DNA of 64,000 nt from an uncultured Chthoniobacter sp. (GTDB taxonomy: Bacteria; Verrucomicrobiota; Verrucomicrobiia; Chthoniobacterales; Chthoniobacteraceae): assembly GCA_903874975.1 (NCBI GenBank), contig CAIQUL010000245.1, positions 2,754-66,753 on the forward strand, in the 5' to 3' direction. The notes below the pieces were generated by a model, which did no database searches, had not been told where the DNA came from, and saw only the letters and a program-made list of their open reading frames with translations. Shown piece by piece: positions 36,512 to 45,100 of the stretch. Position 1 is the first letter of the stretch. The number at the start of each line of letters is the position of its first letter. The position numbers were made by a program, and so were the translations under genes.

Positions 36512-37576
36512 ATGGAAATCCTCTGCCTCGGCCTCAGTCATCACACCGCGCCGGTCGAGCTGCGCGAAAAATTTGCGATCCCCGATGGCGAGGTCGGCGC
36601 GGTCGCGCGGCAGCTCAGCAGCGCACCCGGCGTGAGCGAGGCCGTGGTCGTCTCGACGTGCAACCGCGTGGAGTTCTACGTGGCCGCGGAGCAGGCGGCG
36701 GCGGGCCTCGCGGGGCTGCGGGAGTTTGTGTCGGCGCGGCTCGCTCCGCCGGAAGGCGCCGCCTTTTTCCACCACGCCACCGGGCCGAGCGTGCGGCATC
36801 TTTTCCGCGTCGTCAGCGGGCTGGAGTCCATGATGCTCGGGGAGACGGAGATCCTCGGGCAGGTGAAAAAGGCCTACGCCTCCGCGACCGAAAGCGGCGC
36901 GACGGCGAAGCACCTCAACAAGCTTTTCCAGCGCGCCTTCAACGTGGCGAAAGACGTGCGGACGAATACGAACATCACCCGTGGCGCAGTCAGCGTGGGC
37001 TCGGCGGCAGTGGACTTGGCCGAGCGGATTTTTGGCAAACTCGCGCACTGCACAGTGATGATCCTCGGCGCGGGCGAGACTAGCGAGCTGACCGCAGGCG
37101 CGCTTCAGGCGCGCGGGGTGAAGTCCATCTTCGTGGCCAACCGCAGCTACGACCGCGCCGCCGCGCTCGCCCAGAAAATGAGCGGCACCGCGATCCACTT
37201 CGACGAGTGGCAGCGCAGCTTTCACGACGTGGACATCCTCATCGGCTCCACTGCCGCGCCGCACCACGTCCTCACCGCCGCGCAACTCGCGCCGATCATG
37301 CACACGCGGCCGGCCCGTCCGCTTTTCTGCATCGACCTCGCGGTGCCGCGCGACATCGATCCGGCGGTCAATGACCTCGATGGCGTCTACCTTTATGACA
37401 TCGACTCGCTCCAATCCATCGCCGAGCACTCCATGAACGTCCGCCGGCAGGAACTCACCATCTGCGAGCAGATGATCGAGCGGCACGCCGTGGAGTTTGG
37501 GGCCTGGCTGGCCGTGGACCCGCTGCGAGCGCGCGACCAGTTTTCGCGGATCGCGCCGGAAGGAGGAAAACTATGA
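36512..37576 (+). CDS. hemA: glutamyl-tRNA reductase
   Basis: Contains MEILCLGLSHHTAPVELREKF, VVSTCNRVEFYV (catalytic Cys) and an NADPH-binding ILGAGETSE motif. Confidence 0.9.
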   Translation: MEILCLGLSHHTAPVELREKFAIPDGEVGAVARQLSSAPGVSEAVVVSTCNRVEFYVAAEQAAAGLAGLREFVSARLAPPEGAAFFHHATGPSVRHLFRVVSGLESMMLGETEILGQVKKAYASATESGATAKHLNKLFQRAFNVAKDVRTNTNITRGAVSVGSAAVDLAERIFGKLAHCTVMILGAGETSELTAGALQARGVKSIFVANRSYDRAAALAQKMSGTAIHFDEWQRSFHDVDILIGSTAAPHHVLTAAQLAPIMHTRPARPLFCIDLAVPRDIDPAVNDLDGVYLYDIDSLQSIAEHSMNVRRQELTICEQMIERHAVEFGAWLAVDPLRARDQFSRIAPEGGKL

Positions 37577-38493
37577 CGCGCTTCATCCTCGGCACCCGCG
37601 GTTCGGCGCTCGCGCTCGCGCAGGCGGAGTTGACGCGTGCCGCTTTGCTCGCGGCGCTTCCGGGGCTGGAGGTGGAGCAAAAGGTTTTCGTCACCCGCGG
37701 CGACGTGAAGCTCGACCTCAGCCTCATCCGCGCCGCGGAGGCGGGCGGAAAAGGACTCTTCACCAAGGAACTGGAAGACGCCCTGCTCGGCGGCACCATC
37801 GACGTGGCCGTCCACAGCCTGAAGGACCTGCCCGGCCACAACCCTCCCGGCCTCGCCATCACTGCCGTCCTCGAACGCGCCCCCACCGCCGACGTGCTCA
37901 TCGCCAAAGACGCGCGCACTTTCGAGGCCCTGCCGCACGGCGCGGTCATCGGCACGAGCAGCATCCGCCGCGCGCGGCAACTCCGCTGGCTGCGCCCCGA
38001 CCTCGTCATCGAGGAATGGCGCGGCAACGTGCAAACCCGCCTGCGCAAACTCGGCGAAAGCGACCGCGTCGCTGGCATCATCCTCGCGCAAGCCGGCCTG
38101 GAGCGCCTCGGCTACGACCTCGCCGCCGGCGCGCTCGACTTCGCGCCGTGGAGCTTCCGCGCCGTGCCGCTCGGCGGGCACCTCCTGCCGGCCATCGGGC
38201 AGGGAGCCATCGCCCTGCAAAGCCGCGCCGACCGCGCCGAAGTCACCGCCCTTTTGCAAAAGCTCGACCACCCCGCCACGCACACCGCCATCCGCGCCGA
38301 ACGCGAACTCCAGCGCCTGCTCGCCGGCGACTGCGGCCTGCCCGTCGGCGTCCGCACCACCCTCACCGGCGACCGCCTCCACCTCCGCGCCATCCTCTTC
38401 GGCCCCGAAACCGAACCGCCAAAAACCGCCGAAGCCGAAGGCCCCGCCACCACGCCGGAAGCCATCGCCGCGGAACTTTTTGCGCGGCTCTAG
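37573..38493 (+). CDS. hemC: hydroxymethylbilane synthase (porphobilinogen deaminase)
   Basis: Contains LGTRGSALALAQ, DVAVHSLKDLP, GTSSIRR, RGNVQTRLRKL and the C-terminal cofactor Cys region LAGDCGLPVG. Forms an ATGA overlap with hemA. Confidence 0.9.
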   Translation: MTRFILGTRGSALALAQAELTRAALLAALPGLEVEQKVFVTRGDVKLDLSLIRAAEAGGKGLFTKELEDALLGGTIDVAVHSLKDLPGHNPPGLAITAVLERAPTADVLIAKDARTFEALPHGAVIGTSSIRRARQLRWLRPDLVIEEWRGNVQTRLRKLGESDRVAGIILAQAGLERLGYDLAAGALDFAPWSFRAVPLGGHLLPAIGQGAIALQSRADRAEVTALLQKLDHPATHTAIRAERELQRLLAGDCGLPVGVRTTLTGDRLHLRAILFGPETEPPKTAEAEGPATTPEAIAAELFARL

Positions 38494-38876
38494 ATTTCAG
38501 ACGCTGCCCGGAAAAGCGGATGACACCCGAAAATTCAGTCAAAAAAATGTCGCCTGCTCCCTATTTCCCGGTTTGTCCCCATTCTCGTTCCGAAGCTCTG
38601 CTTCGGGAACGGTGACAGACTCGGGGGGCGTGCCCGGCTCTGCGGTGCCTTCCGATGCTGGAGCTTCGCGGACAAGTGCGCGCCCAAGCCGGAGCTTGGG
38701 TGCGCGGGCAGATCTACGCAGCCGGTGATAGGCGGCAGGAGACGCGCCGCTCCTTTGCCGTGGCGGTTTTCGTAACGCCGCAAGGCAGCTTCAGCGCGTC
38801 GCCGCCGCCGGCGGAATCTTTTCGCGCCGCGGTCTAAGAAATCGCGCGGGCCCTCCGTTTGAGCCATTGAAACATC

Positions 38877-39476
38877 ATGCCTCCCACGGACCCGCCCGAC
38901 CTCATCGCCCTGCTCGACCGTTATGAGCGACCGCTCATCCGCTATGCGTGCAGCATCGTCGGCGATTTGGATTCTGCGCGGGATGTGGTGCAGGAAACCT
39001 TCATCAAATTCGCGCAAGGCGGGATGAAGGAAATGACGAAGGACGAATGTGGAATGACGAACGGTGCGGAGCCGCGAACGCCGGCATCCGGCGGCCGACA
39101 GCCGAATCCCGAAGCCTGGCTTTTCACCGTTACCCGCCGCCGCGCGCTCGACCATCTCCGCAAACACCGCCGCCTCATTCCCATGGAACTCCCCGATGAC
39201 CGCCCATGTGCCGCGCCCGGACCCGCGGCCCTTCTCGAGCAGCGCGAGTCCGCCGCGTCGATTTTCGATCTGCTCGACGCGCTGAGCCCGAATCAGCGCG
39301 AAGTCATCCGCCTCAAATTCCAAAACGACCTCAGCTACCGCGAGATCGCCGAGGTCACGCAACTCAGCGTGACCAATGTCGGCTTTCTCCTCCATGCCGG
39401 CCTGAAAAAACTCCGCGCTCTGCTCCGCGAGCAGCCGCTGGCGGATTTCGACCTCCCGCTCCGCTCCGCACTATGA
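38877..39476 (+). CDS. ECF-subfamily RNA polymerase sigma-70 factor with an enlarged region 2/4 linker
   Basis: Region 2 is RYERPLIRYACSIVGDLDSARDVVQETFIKF. Region 4 is REVIRLKFQNDLSYREIAEVTQLSVTNVGFLLHAGLKKLR. About 30 extra residues (GGMKEMTKDECGMTNGAEPRTPASGGRQPNPE) lie between them. Confidence 0.85.
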   Translation: MPPTDPPDLIALLDRYERPLIRYACSIVGDLDSARDVVQETFIKFAQGGMKEMTKDECGMTNGAEPRTPASGGRQPNPEAWLFTVTRRRALDHLRKHRRLIPMELPDDRPCAAPGPAALLEQRESAASIFDLLDALSPNQREVIRLKFQNDLSYREIAEVTQLSVTNVGFLLHAGLKKLRALLREQPLADFDLPLRSAL

Positions 39477-42022
39477 ATACCGACGATCCGAAATTCACCG
39501 CCCACATTCTCGGCGAACTCGACGAGCTGACCGCCGCCGAGCGCGCGGAGATCGAGGCGCTCATTCGCGCCGATGCCACGGCCGCCGCCGAGCGCGCGGA
39601 AACTCAGGCGCTCGCCGCGCTGCTGCGTCGCGAGTTGCAGGGCGAAGAAGCCCAGCCGCTCACCGCCGCGCAGCGGGCCACGGTGCTCGCGGCCACGGCT
39701 CCGGGTGCCACGGGTGAAAAGGCGAAGGTGATCACCTTTCCCAACCGCCTCACCTGGCTCTCGGCGATTGCGGCGTGCCTGATCGTGGGCGTTTCCATGG
39801 CGCTGATCTTCCGCGCGTTTGAGCCGGGGAAATCCGCTTCGGGCACGGCCAAGGTCGGAGAAACGAGTGGCGGTCCGACGATCACTCTGCCGCGTGAACC
39901 AGAGCCAGGAGCGAGTCTTGCGCTCGTGGTCCCGGACGTTGCCCTGGCAGCCACGGCGGATGGAAGTGCCCCGGAGGGTCTGACCGCCGAGAGTCAGGCG
40001 CTGATCGCGCAGCAAATGCACGCTTCGCCTCCGCCGATGTCGGCACCCAAAGTCGCCACGCCAGCGCAATCTCCGCGGCTCGCGAAGATGGCGAAAGCGC
40101 CCGCTCCGGCGCCAAGCACTTCCCAACCCATCGCCGACGAGACACATGTCCCCGCCGTCCAAGGTGCTCCGACCAAACTCGCCGGAAACGCTGCCGAACC
40201 TCAGATGCCGGCCTCGACCAAAACGGACTCGGCGGCTTCCGGCGCGGCTGCGCCGATTGGCGGAAACCAACTGTTCGCTTTGGAGATCCCGGCAGCCAAG
40301 ACCGCAGCGGGAAGCTCTCCACTGGACAGTGCCCTGAGCCTTCGCGCGCATCCCTCACCTCCACCACGACCAGCCAGCATCATGGCAGCAGAAGCTCAGC
40401 GCGGAGCCGGACAGGGCTTCGCCATGGGTGGCCACGGTGGTGCTGGTAAAAGCGACAAGACCAAATCCGCGATGACCGGCGCGTCCGCCCATCTTCAAGG
40501 TGCCGGACTTCACGACGGCGAGAGCTACCGCCGCCACGAAAAAGACGCCGCCGAGAAGCCCGGCGCCGAACTTCGCCAGCGCGAGTCCGCCAACACCGAG
40601 GCCTTCGACGCGAGCACCGACAACGCCTTTCTCGCCGTGCGCGAGAATCCGCTCTCGACCTTCAGCATCGATGTGGACACCGCGAGTTACGCCATCGTCC
40701 GCCGCTTCCTCAATGAGCGGCAGCTCCCGCCTAAAGGCGCGGTACGGATCGAGGAGCTGCTCAACTACTTCACCTACGACTACCCGCAGCCGCAGGGCGA
40801 CGCGCCGTTCTCCGCCACGATGGAAGTCGCCACCTGCCCGTGGACGCCCGCGCACCGACTCGTCCGCATCGGGCTCAAAGGCCGCGAGATCGCGAAAGAC
40901 AAACGCCCGGCGAGCAACCTCGTCTTTCTCATCGACGTGTCCGGCTCCATGCAGCCCGCGAACCGGCTCCCGCTCTTGAAGCAGAGCCTCGGCCTGCTCA
41001 TCGACCAACTCGGCGAGGAGGACCGCGTGGGGATCGTCGTCTATGCCGGCAGCAGCGGCTGCGTGCTCCAGCCCACGCACGACAAAGCGGAGATGCGCCT
41101 CGCGCTCGATCGCCTCGAAGCCGGCGGCTCAACCAACGGTGCGAGCGGCATCGAACTCGCCTACCAACTCGCGAAAAAGGGCTTCATCAAAGGCGGCACC
41201 AACCGCGTGATCCTCGCCACCGACGGCGATTGGAACGTAGGCGTGACCAACCAAAGCGAACTGACCGAGATGATCACCAAGCAGGCGAAGAGCGGCGTCT
41301 TTCTCACTGTGCTCGGCTTCGGCATGGGCAACCTCAAGGACGCCATGCTCGTGAAACTCGCCGGCAAAGGGAACGGCAACTCCGCCTACCTCGACACGCT
41401 GCTCGAGGCAAAAAAAGTGCTCGTCGAGCAGTTCAGCGGCACCATCGTGACCATCGCCAAGGATGTGAAAATCCAGGTCGAGTTCAACCCCGCGCAGGTC
41501 TCCGGCTACCGGCTCATCGGCTACGAAAAGCGGCTGCTCGCGAAGGAGGATTTCCGCGACGACCAAAAGGACGCCGGCGAGATCGGCGCCGGCCACACCG
41601 TCACCGCGCTCTACGAGGTCGTCCCCGCCGGCAAAGACCTGCCCGCGCCCGCGAAAGTGGATGCGCTCAAATACCAAACGCCCGCCGCCGACAAATCCGA
41701 AATCCGAAATCCGAAATCCGAAATCTCCCCCGAACTCCTGACGCTCAAGCTCCGCTACAAAGCCCCCGACGGCGACGCGAGCAAGCTCCTCGAATTCCCG
41801 CTCACCGACGCCGGCGCGACCTGGGAGAAATCCACGCGCGACTTCCGCTTTGCCGCCGCCGTGGCTGGCTACGGGATGCTCCTCCGCGACTCCCCCCACA
41901 AAGGTGCAGCGACGTGGAGTTCGGTGCATGAACTCGCCGTCGAAGGCCAGGGCGCGGACGCCACCGGCTACCGCGCGGAGTTCATCTCCCTCCTCGAAAA
42001 AGCCAAGTCGCTCCACCGGTGA
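39473..42022 (+). CDS. membrane anti-sigma-like N-terminus fused to a periplasmic von Willebrand factor A (YfbK/DUF3520-like) domain
   Basis: Internal start MNTDDPKFTAHILGELD forms an ATGA overlap with the sigma factor stop. Has a single TM (LTWLSAIAACLIVGVSMALIF), a Pro/Ala-rich spacer, a VWA MIDAS motif (LVFLIDVSGSM...GGSTNG...ATDGD) and LKLRYKAPDG, a DUF3520-like tail. Confidence 0.85.
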   Translation: MNTDDPKFTAHILGELDELTAAERAEIEALIRADATAAAERAETQALAALLRRELQGEEAQPLTAAQRATVLAATAPGATGEKAKVITFPNRLTWLSAIAACLIVGVSMALIFRAFEPGKSASGTAKVGETSGGPTITLPREPEPGASLALVVPDVALAATADGSAPEGLTAESQALIAQQMHASPPPMSAPKVATPAQSPRLAKMAKAPAPAPSTSQPIADETHVPAVQGAPTKLAGNAAEPQMPASTKTDSAASGAAAPIGGNQLFALEIPAAKTAAGSSPLDSALSLRAHPSPPPRPASIMAAEAQRGAGQGFAMGGHGGAGKSDKTKSAMTGASAHLQGAGLHDGESYRRHEKDAAEKPGAELRQRESANTEAFDASTDNAFLAVRENPLSTFSIDVDTASYAIVRRFLNERQLPPKGAVRIEELLNYFTYDYPQPQGDAPFSATMEVATCPWTPAHRLVRIGLKGREIAKDKRPASNLVFLIDVSGSMQPANRLPLLKQSLGLLIDQLGEEDRVGIVVYAGSSGCVLQPTHDKAEMRLALDRLEAGGSTNGASGIELAYQLAKKGFIKGGTNRVILATDGDWNVGVTNQSELTEMITKQAKSGVFLTVLGFGMGNLKDAMLVKLAGKGNGNSAYLDTLLEAKKVLVEQFSGTIVTIAKDVKIQVEFNPAQVSGYRLIGYEKRLLAKEDFRDDQKDAGEIGAGHTVTALYEVVPAGKDLPAPAKVDALKYQTPAADKSEIRNPKSEISPELLTLKLRYKAPDGDASKLLEFPLTDAGATWEKSTRDFRFAAAVAGYGMLLRDSPHKGAATWSSVHELAVEGQGADATGYRAEFISLLEKAKSLHR
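41693..41725. repeat. (AAATCCG)x4.7 heptanucleotide tandem repeat inside the VWA gene
   Basis: Read directly: ac-aaatccg-aaatccg-aaatccg-aaatccg-aaatc-tcc. It encodes KSEIRNPKSEIS in the variable linker before the LKLRYK motif. Confidence 0.95.
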
Positions 42023-42085
42023 CGGCGGCGGCCGGATGGAGCACGCCCCTTGTCCGCAGGCGATGCGCCCGCTAGCCTCGCCGCC

Positions 42086-42517
42086 ATGAACGTCCCGAAC
42101 CTCCGCAGCCCGCACGACGCTATCCGCAGCCTGAAATACTTTGGCCGCATGCTCGATAAGATCCGCCTGCATCAAGCCGGCACCCTGCCTGCCGACTACC
42201 AGACCAATCTGGGCGGCGGCTTCGACGAGCGATGCGTGCATTTCCTCTGGATCGAATATCCAGCGCTGGTCGAGCGCGTGAAGCAGGGCGGCACGGACGA
42301 CGAGATCTACGAGTGGTCCGTGGCGCAAGGCCGGCAGCCGCGCGAGGAGGAAGTCGAAATCTGGAACGAATTCATGCGCAAACGCGGCTGGAACGACGCA
42401 GCGACCGAGCGCCTCGAAATGCGCAAACGCGAGAGCCACATCCCGGACCGCGCCGACATCCAGACGCTCTTCGACTACATCGATTTCGACGAAGACCGCG
42501 ATCCCGCGGCGCGGTAG
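42086..42517 (+). CDS. DUF5069-like protein
   Basis: Internal start MNVPNLRSPHDAIRSLKYFGRMLDKIRLHQAGTLPADYQTNLG. Assigned to DUF5069 from memory of that N-terminal pattern. Confidence 0.6.
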   Translation: MNVPNLRSPHDAIRSLKYFGRMLDKIRLHQAGTLPADYQTNLGGGFDERCVHFLWIEYPALVERVKQGGTDDEIYEWSVAQGRQPREEEVEIWNEFMRKRGWNDAATERLEMRKRESHIPDRADIQTLFDYIDFDEDRDPAAR

Positions 42518-42526
42518 CCCGGTCGC

Positions 42527-43855
42527 CTATTTCACCTTCACGTTCCGCCGTAGAAAGGTCGGAATGTCGAGGTCCTGGCCATCCACGATGGTCGGCTCGC
42601 TGCGCTCGAAACGCCCGCGCGCTACCGGATCGAGGAGCATCTGCTCCTGCTTCGCTTCCGTCCGCTTCGGCGGAGGCACCGGGGCGGCGGACGCCACGAC
42701 CGGGAGGTGTTCCAGCTCATCGTCTGCCGGGGGGAAGTCCGCAGTCTCCTCCGTGGGCTCGGGAAAGTCGCGGGGCGCCGCAGGTTCCTCGATGGCGGAC
42801 TCCGGTTCCGCCCGCCGCGTGGAGGCCGGGCGGATGGCGATCTCGCGCGCCGGTTGGAGCCGCACAACCGCCGGATCGGCCGGCAGGGCGCACAGAATGG
42901 TGACGCTCATTTTTTCCCCCATCTGAGGCTCCACCGCGACACCGAAGAGAATTCGCGTTTCCTCGCCCACATGCCGGTTCAACGCCTCCATGAGGATCTG
43001 CACCTCATTGATGGTCATGCCCGATCCACCCGCGACGTTGACGAGGACGTTCGGTGCGCCGTCGAGCAGGCGACCCTTGTCCATCATGGGATTTTTCAAA
43101 GCGCGGGCCAGCGCGTCGTTGGCCCGGTTCGCCCCGTCGGCTTCGCCAAATCCGAAATAGCAGCGCGGCGCCGCCTCGCTGGGAAAGCGCAGGATGGTGG
43201 CCAATTCGTCAAAACCCAGGTGCATCAAGCCGCGCCGCCGCGCCAGTCCCGCGAGGGCGCGCACCGCCTGGCTGATCGTCTGATCGGCGGCCGAAAACGC
43301 ATCCTGAATTCCCGCGAGCGGGGCCACGGCGTCGCCCATCCCGTCGTTCTCAAAACACATCGTGAGGTCCGCGTCGCGCTGCACCGCCGCCAACGCCTCC
43401 TCGGCCTGCTCCGCGCGCCGCCGTCCCTCGAAAGTAAACGGCAGCGTGGCCACAACCACGACCTTCGCGCCCTGCTCGCGGGCGAGTTCCGCGACCAGTC
43501 GCGCACCGCCGGAGCCCGTCCCGCCGCCCAGGCCCACGCACAGGATCACCAACTCCGCATCCGCCAGCACCGCCCGAATTTCCCCGACCGCTTCCTTCGC
43601 GGCCAGAAAGCCGATTTCCGGATCACCGCCGGCTCCGAGACCACGCGTGAGGGAGCGGCCGAGCTGGATTTTCTCCGCGGCGACGGAACCCGCCAGAGCC
43701 TGCGCGTCCGTATTGATCGCCACGAGACTCGCCCCGCTCAATCCATCGAGCACGAGGCGGTCGAGCACGGTCGAACCAGCGCCACCGAGACCTACGATGG
43801 CGATGCGCAGATCCTGTCGCGCCGCGGTGGCACGGTTACGGTCGAGGGAAATCAT
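42527..43855 (-). CDS. ftsZ: cell division protein FtsZ
   Basis: Contains IAIVGLGGAGS, NTDAQAL, the tubulin signature GLGGGTGSGGARLVA and a long disordered C-terminal linker ending with the conserved peptide DLDIPTFLRR. Confidence 0.95.
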   Translation of the reverse strand: MISLDRNRATAARQDLRIAIVGLGGAGSTVLDRLVLDGLSGASLVAINTDAQALAGSVAAEKIQLGRSLTRGLGAGGDPEIGFLAAKEAVGEIRAVLADAELVILCVGLGGGTGSGGARLVAELAREQGAKVVVVATLPFTFEGRRRAEQAEEALAAVQRDADLTMCFENDGMGDAVAPLAGIQDAFSAADQTISQAVRALAGLARRRGLMHLGFDELATILRFPSEAAPRCYFGFGEADGANRANDALARALKNPMMDKGRLLDGAPNVLVNVAGGSGMTINEVQILMEALNRHVGEETRILFGVAVEPQMGEKMSVTILCALPADPAVVRLQPAREIAIRPASTRRAEPESAIEEPAAPRDFPEPTEETADFPPADDELEHLPVVASAAPVPPPKRTEAKQEQMLLDPVARGRFERSEPTIVDGQDLDIPTFLRRNVKVK

Positions 43856-43882
43856 AGTCTTCGGGCTTCAGCGCGGGTGGTT

Positions 43883-45100
43883 TCAGAAAATCCATGACCA
43901 GAGAAAAGACAACTTTCGCAGGACCCGGGAGAACAAACTTTTGGGTCGCTCCGGCTGGAGGGCAGCGGCGTATTTGATGAGTCCGATGGCCGTGGAATAC
44001 CGGGGATTTTCAAATGCGGAGGTCGCCCCGGAAACAGCGTGGGCAAAGGTCAGCTGCGCGGGCATGGCGAAAATCTCCTCCGCCAGTTGCGCGATTCCTG
44101 GAATCTGGCTGCCTCCGCCCGTGAGCATGATGCCCGCGGCGAGATACGAAACGTTGCCCGCGGCATCGAGTCGGCGTTTCAGCAGCTCAAAAATTTCGCG
44201 GACTCGGCAATGCACGATGGTGTTGAGCATCTCGCGCTCGATCTCGCGGCCGGCGAATCCGGTTTCATCCTTGAGCACGATCATGTCCCCCGGAGCCGAC
44301 GCCCCGACGATCGCGCTCCCCTCCCCGATCTTGAGTTTTTCCGCGCGCGCCATCGGGATGCGCAGCCCCAGCGAAATGTCATTCGTGATGTGATCGCCAC
44401 CGATAGGCAGACAGCCGCTTTGCTTCAGGACCCCGTCCACATAGACGATGAAATCCGTCGTGCCGCCCCCGATGTCCACGACCAGCGCACCGAGACTTTT
44501 CTGGTTTTGATCCAGCACGACCTGTGCGGAGGCGACGGGGTTGAAGACGACTTCCAGCACTTCTGGCCCGACTTCCTTCACGCAACGGATGCTGTTTTGA
44601 ATCCGGTACGTGACGCCATGAATGATGTGAAAGTCCGCCTCGAGTTTGCGCCCGAGCAAGCCCACCGGGTTCAGCACGCCGTCCTGCCCGTCCACATAGT
44701 AGTGCTGCAAAATGGAGTGCAGGAGCGAATTGCCGCTCGGGATGCTGACCTCGCGGGCACTCGCCTGAACGTCCTCGAAATCTTCCTCGCGGATTTCGTC
44801 GCGCTGCTCGGGAATGTTGATCGCACCACGGTTGTTGAAGCTTTCGATATGCGCGCCCGAAACGCCGAGATAGACCGCGCCGATCATCACGTCGCTCTTC
44901 TCCTCCGCATCCACGAGCGCCTCCCGGATGCACGTCCCGGCAGTCTCAAAATCCACGATTTCGCCTTTCCTAACTCCCCGCGAGGGAGCGGTGCCGACCC
45001 CGATGATCCGAATGGTGCCGTCGCTCCGCAGGTCCCCGACCACGCAGCAGATTTGCGACGTCCCGATTTCCAGACCGACGATGATGTGTTCGTTACTCAT
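43883..45100 (-). CDS. ftsA: cell division protein FtsA
   Basis: Actin-like ATPase motifs (IVGLEIGTSQICCVVG, VVDIGGGTTDF, GIMLTGGGSQIPGI). Positioned between ftsQ and ftsZ. Confidence 0.9.
   Translation of the reverse strand: MSNEHIIVGLEIGTSQICCVVGDLRSDGTIRIIGVGTAPSRGVRKGEIVDFETAGTCIREALVDAEEKSDVMIGAVYLGVSGAHIESFNNRGAINIPEQRDEIREEDFEDVQASAREVSIPSGNSLLHSILQHYYVDGQDGVLNPVGLLGRKLEADFHIIHGVTYRIQNSIRCVKEVGPEVLEVVFNPVASAQVVLDQNQKSLGALVVDIGGGTTDFIVYVDGVLKQSGCLPIGGDHITNDISLGLRIPMARAEKLKIGEGSAIVGASAPGDMIVLKDETGFAGREIEREMLNTIVHCRVREIFELLKRRLDAAGNVSYLAAGIMLTGGGSQIPGIAQLAEEIFAMPAQLTFAHAVSGATSAFENPRYSTAIGLIKYAAALQPERPKSLFSRVLRKLSFLWSWIF

Noticed and set aside
38494-38876. Tested the long hemC-sigma intergenic region, and also 29111-29438, by eye for known housekeeping RNAs (RNase P RNA, tmRNA, SRP/4.5S RNA, 6S RNA, cobalamin or SAM riboswitch cores).
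   Set aside because: None of the conserved signature strings I know for these RNAs is present (for example the RNase P GAGGAAAGTCC box, the tmRNA tag ORF with a tRNA-like end, or the SRP GGAA/AGCA domain IV motifs). They remain unassigned structured regions.
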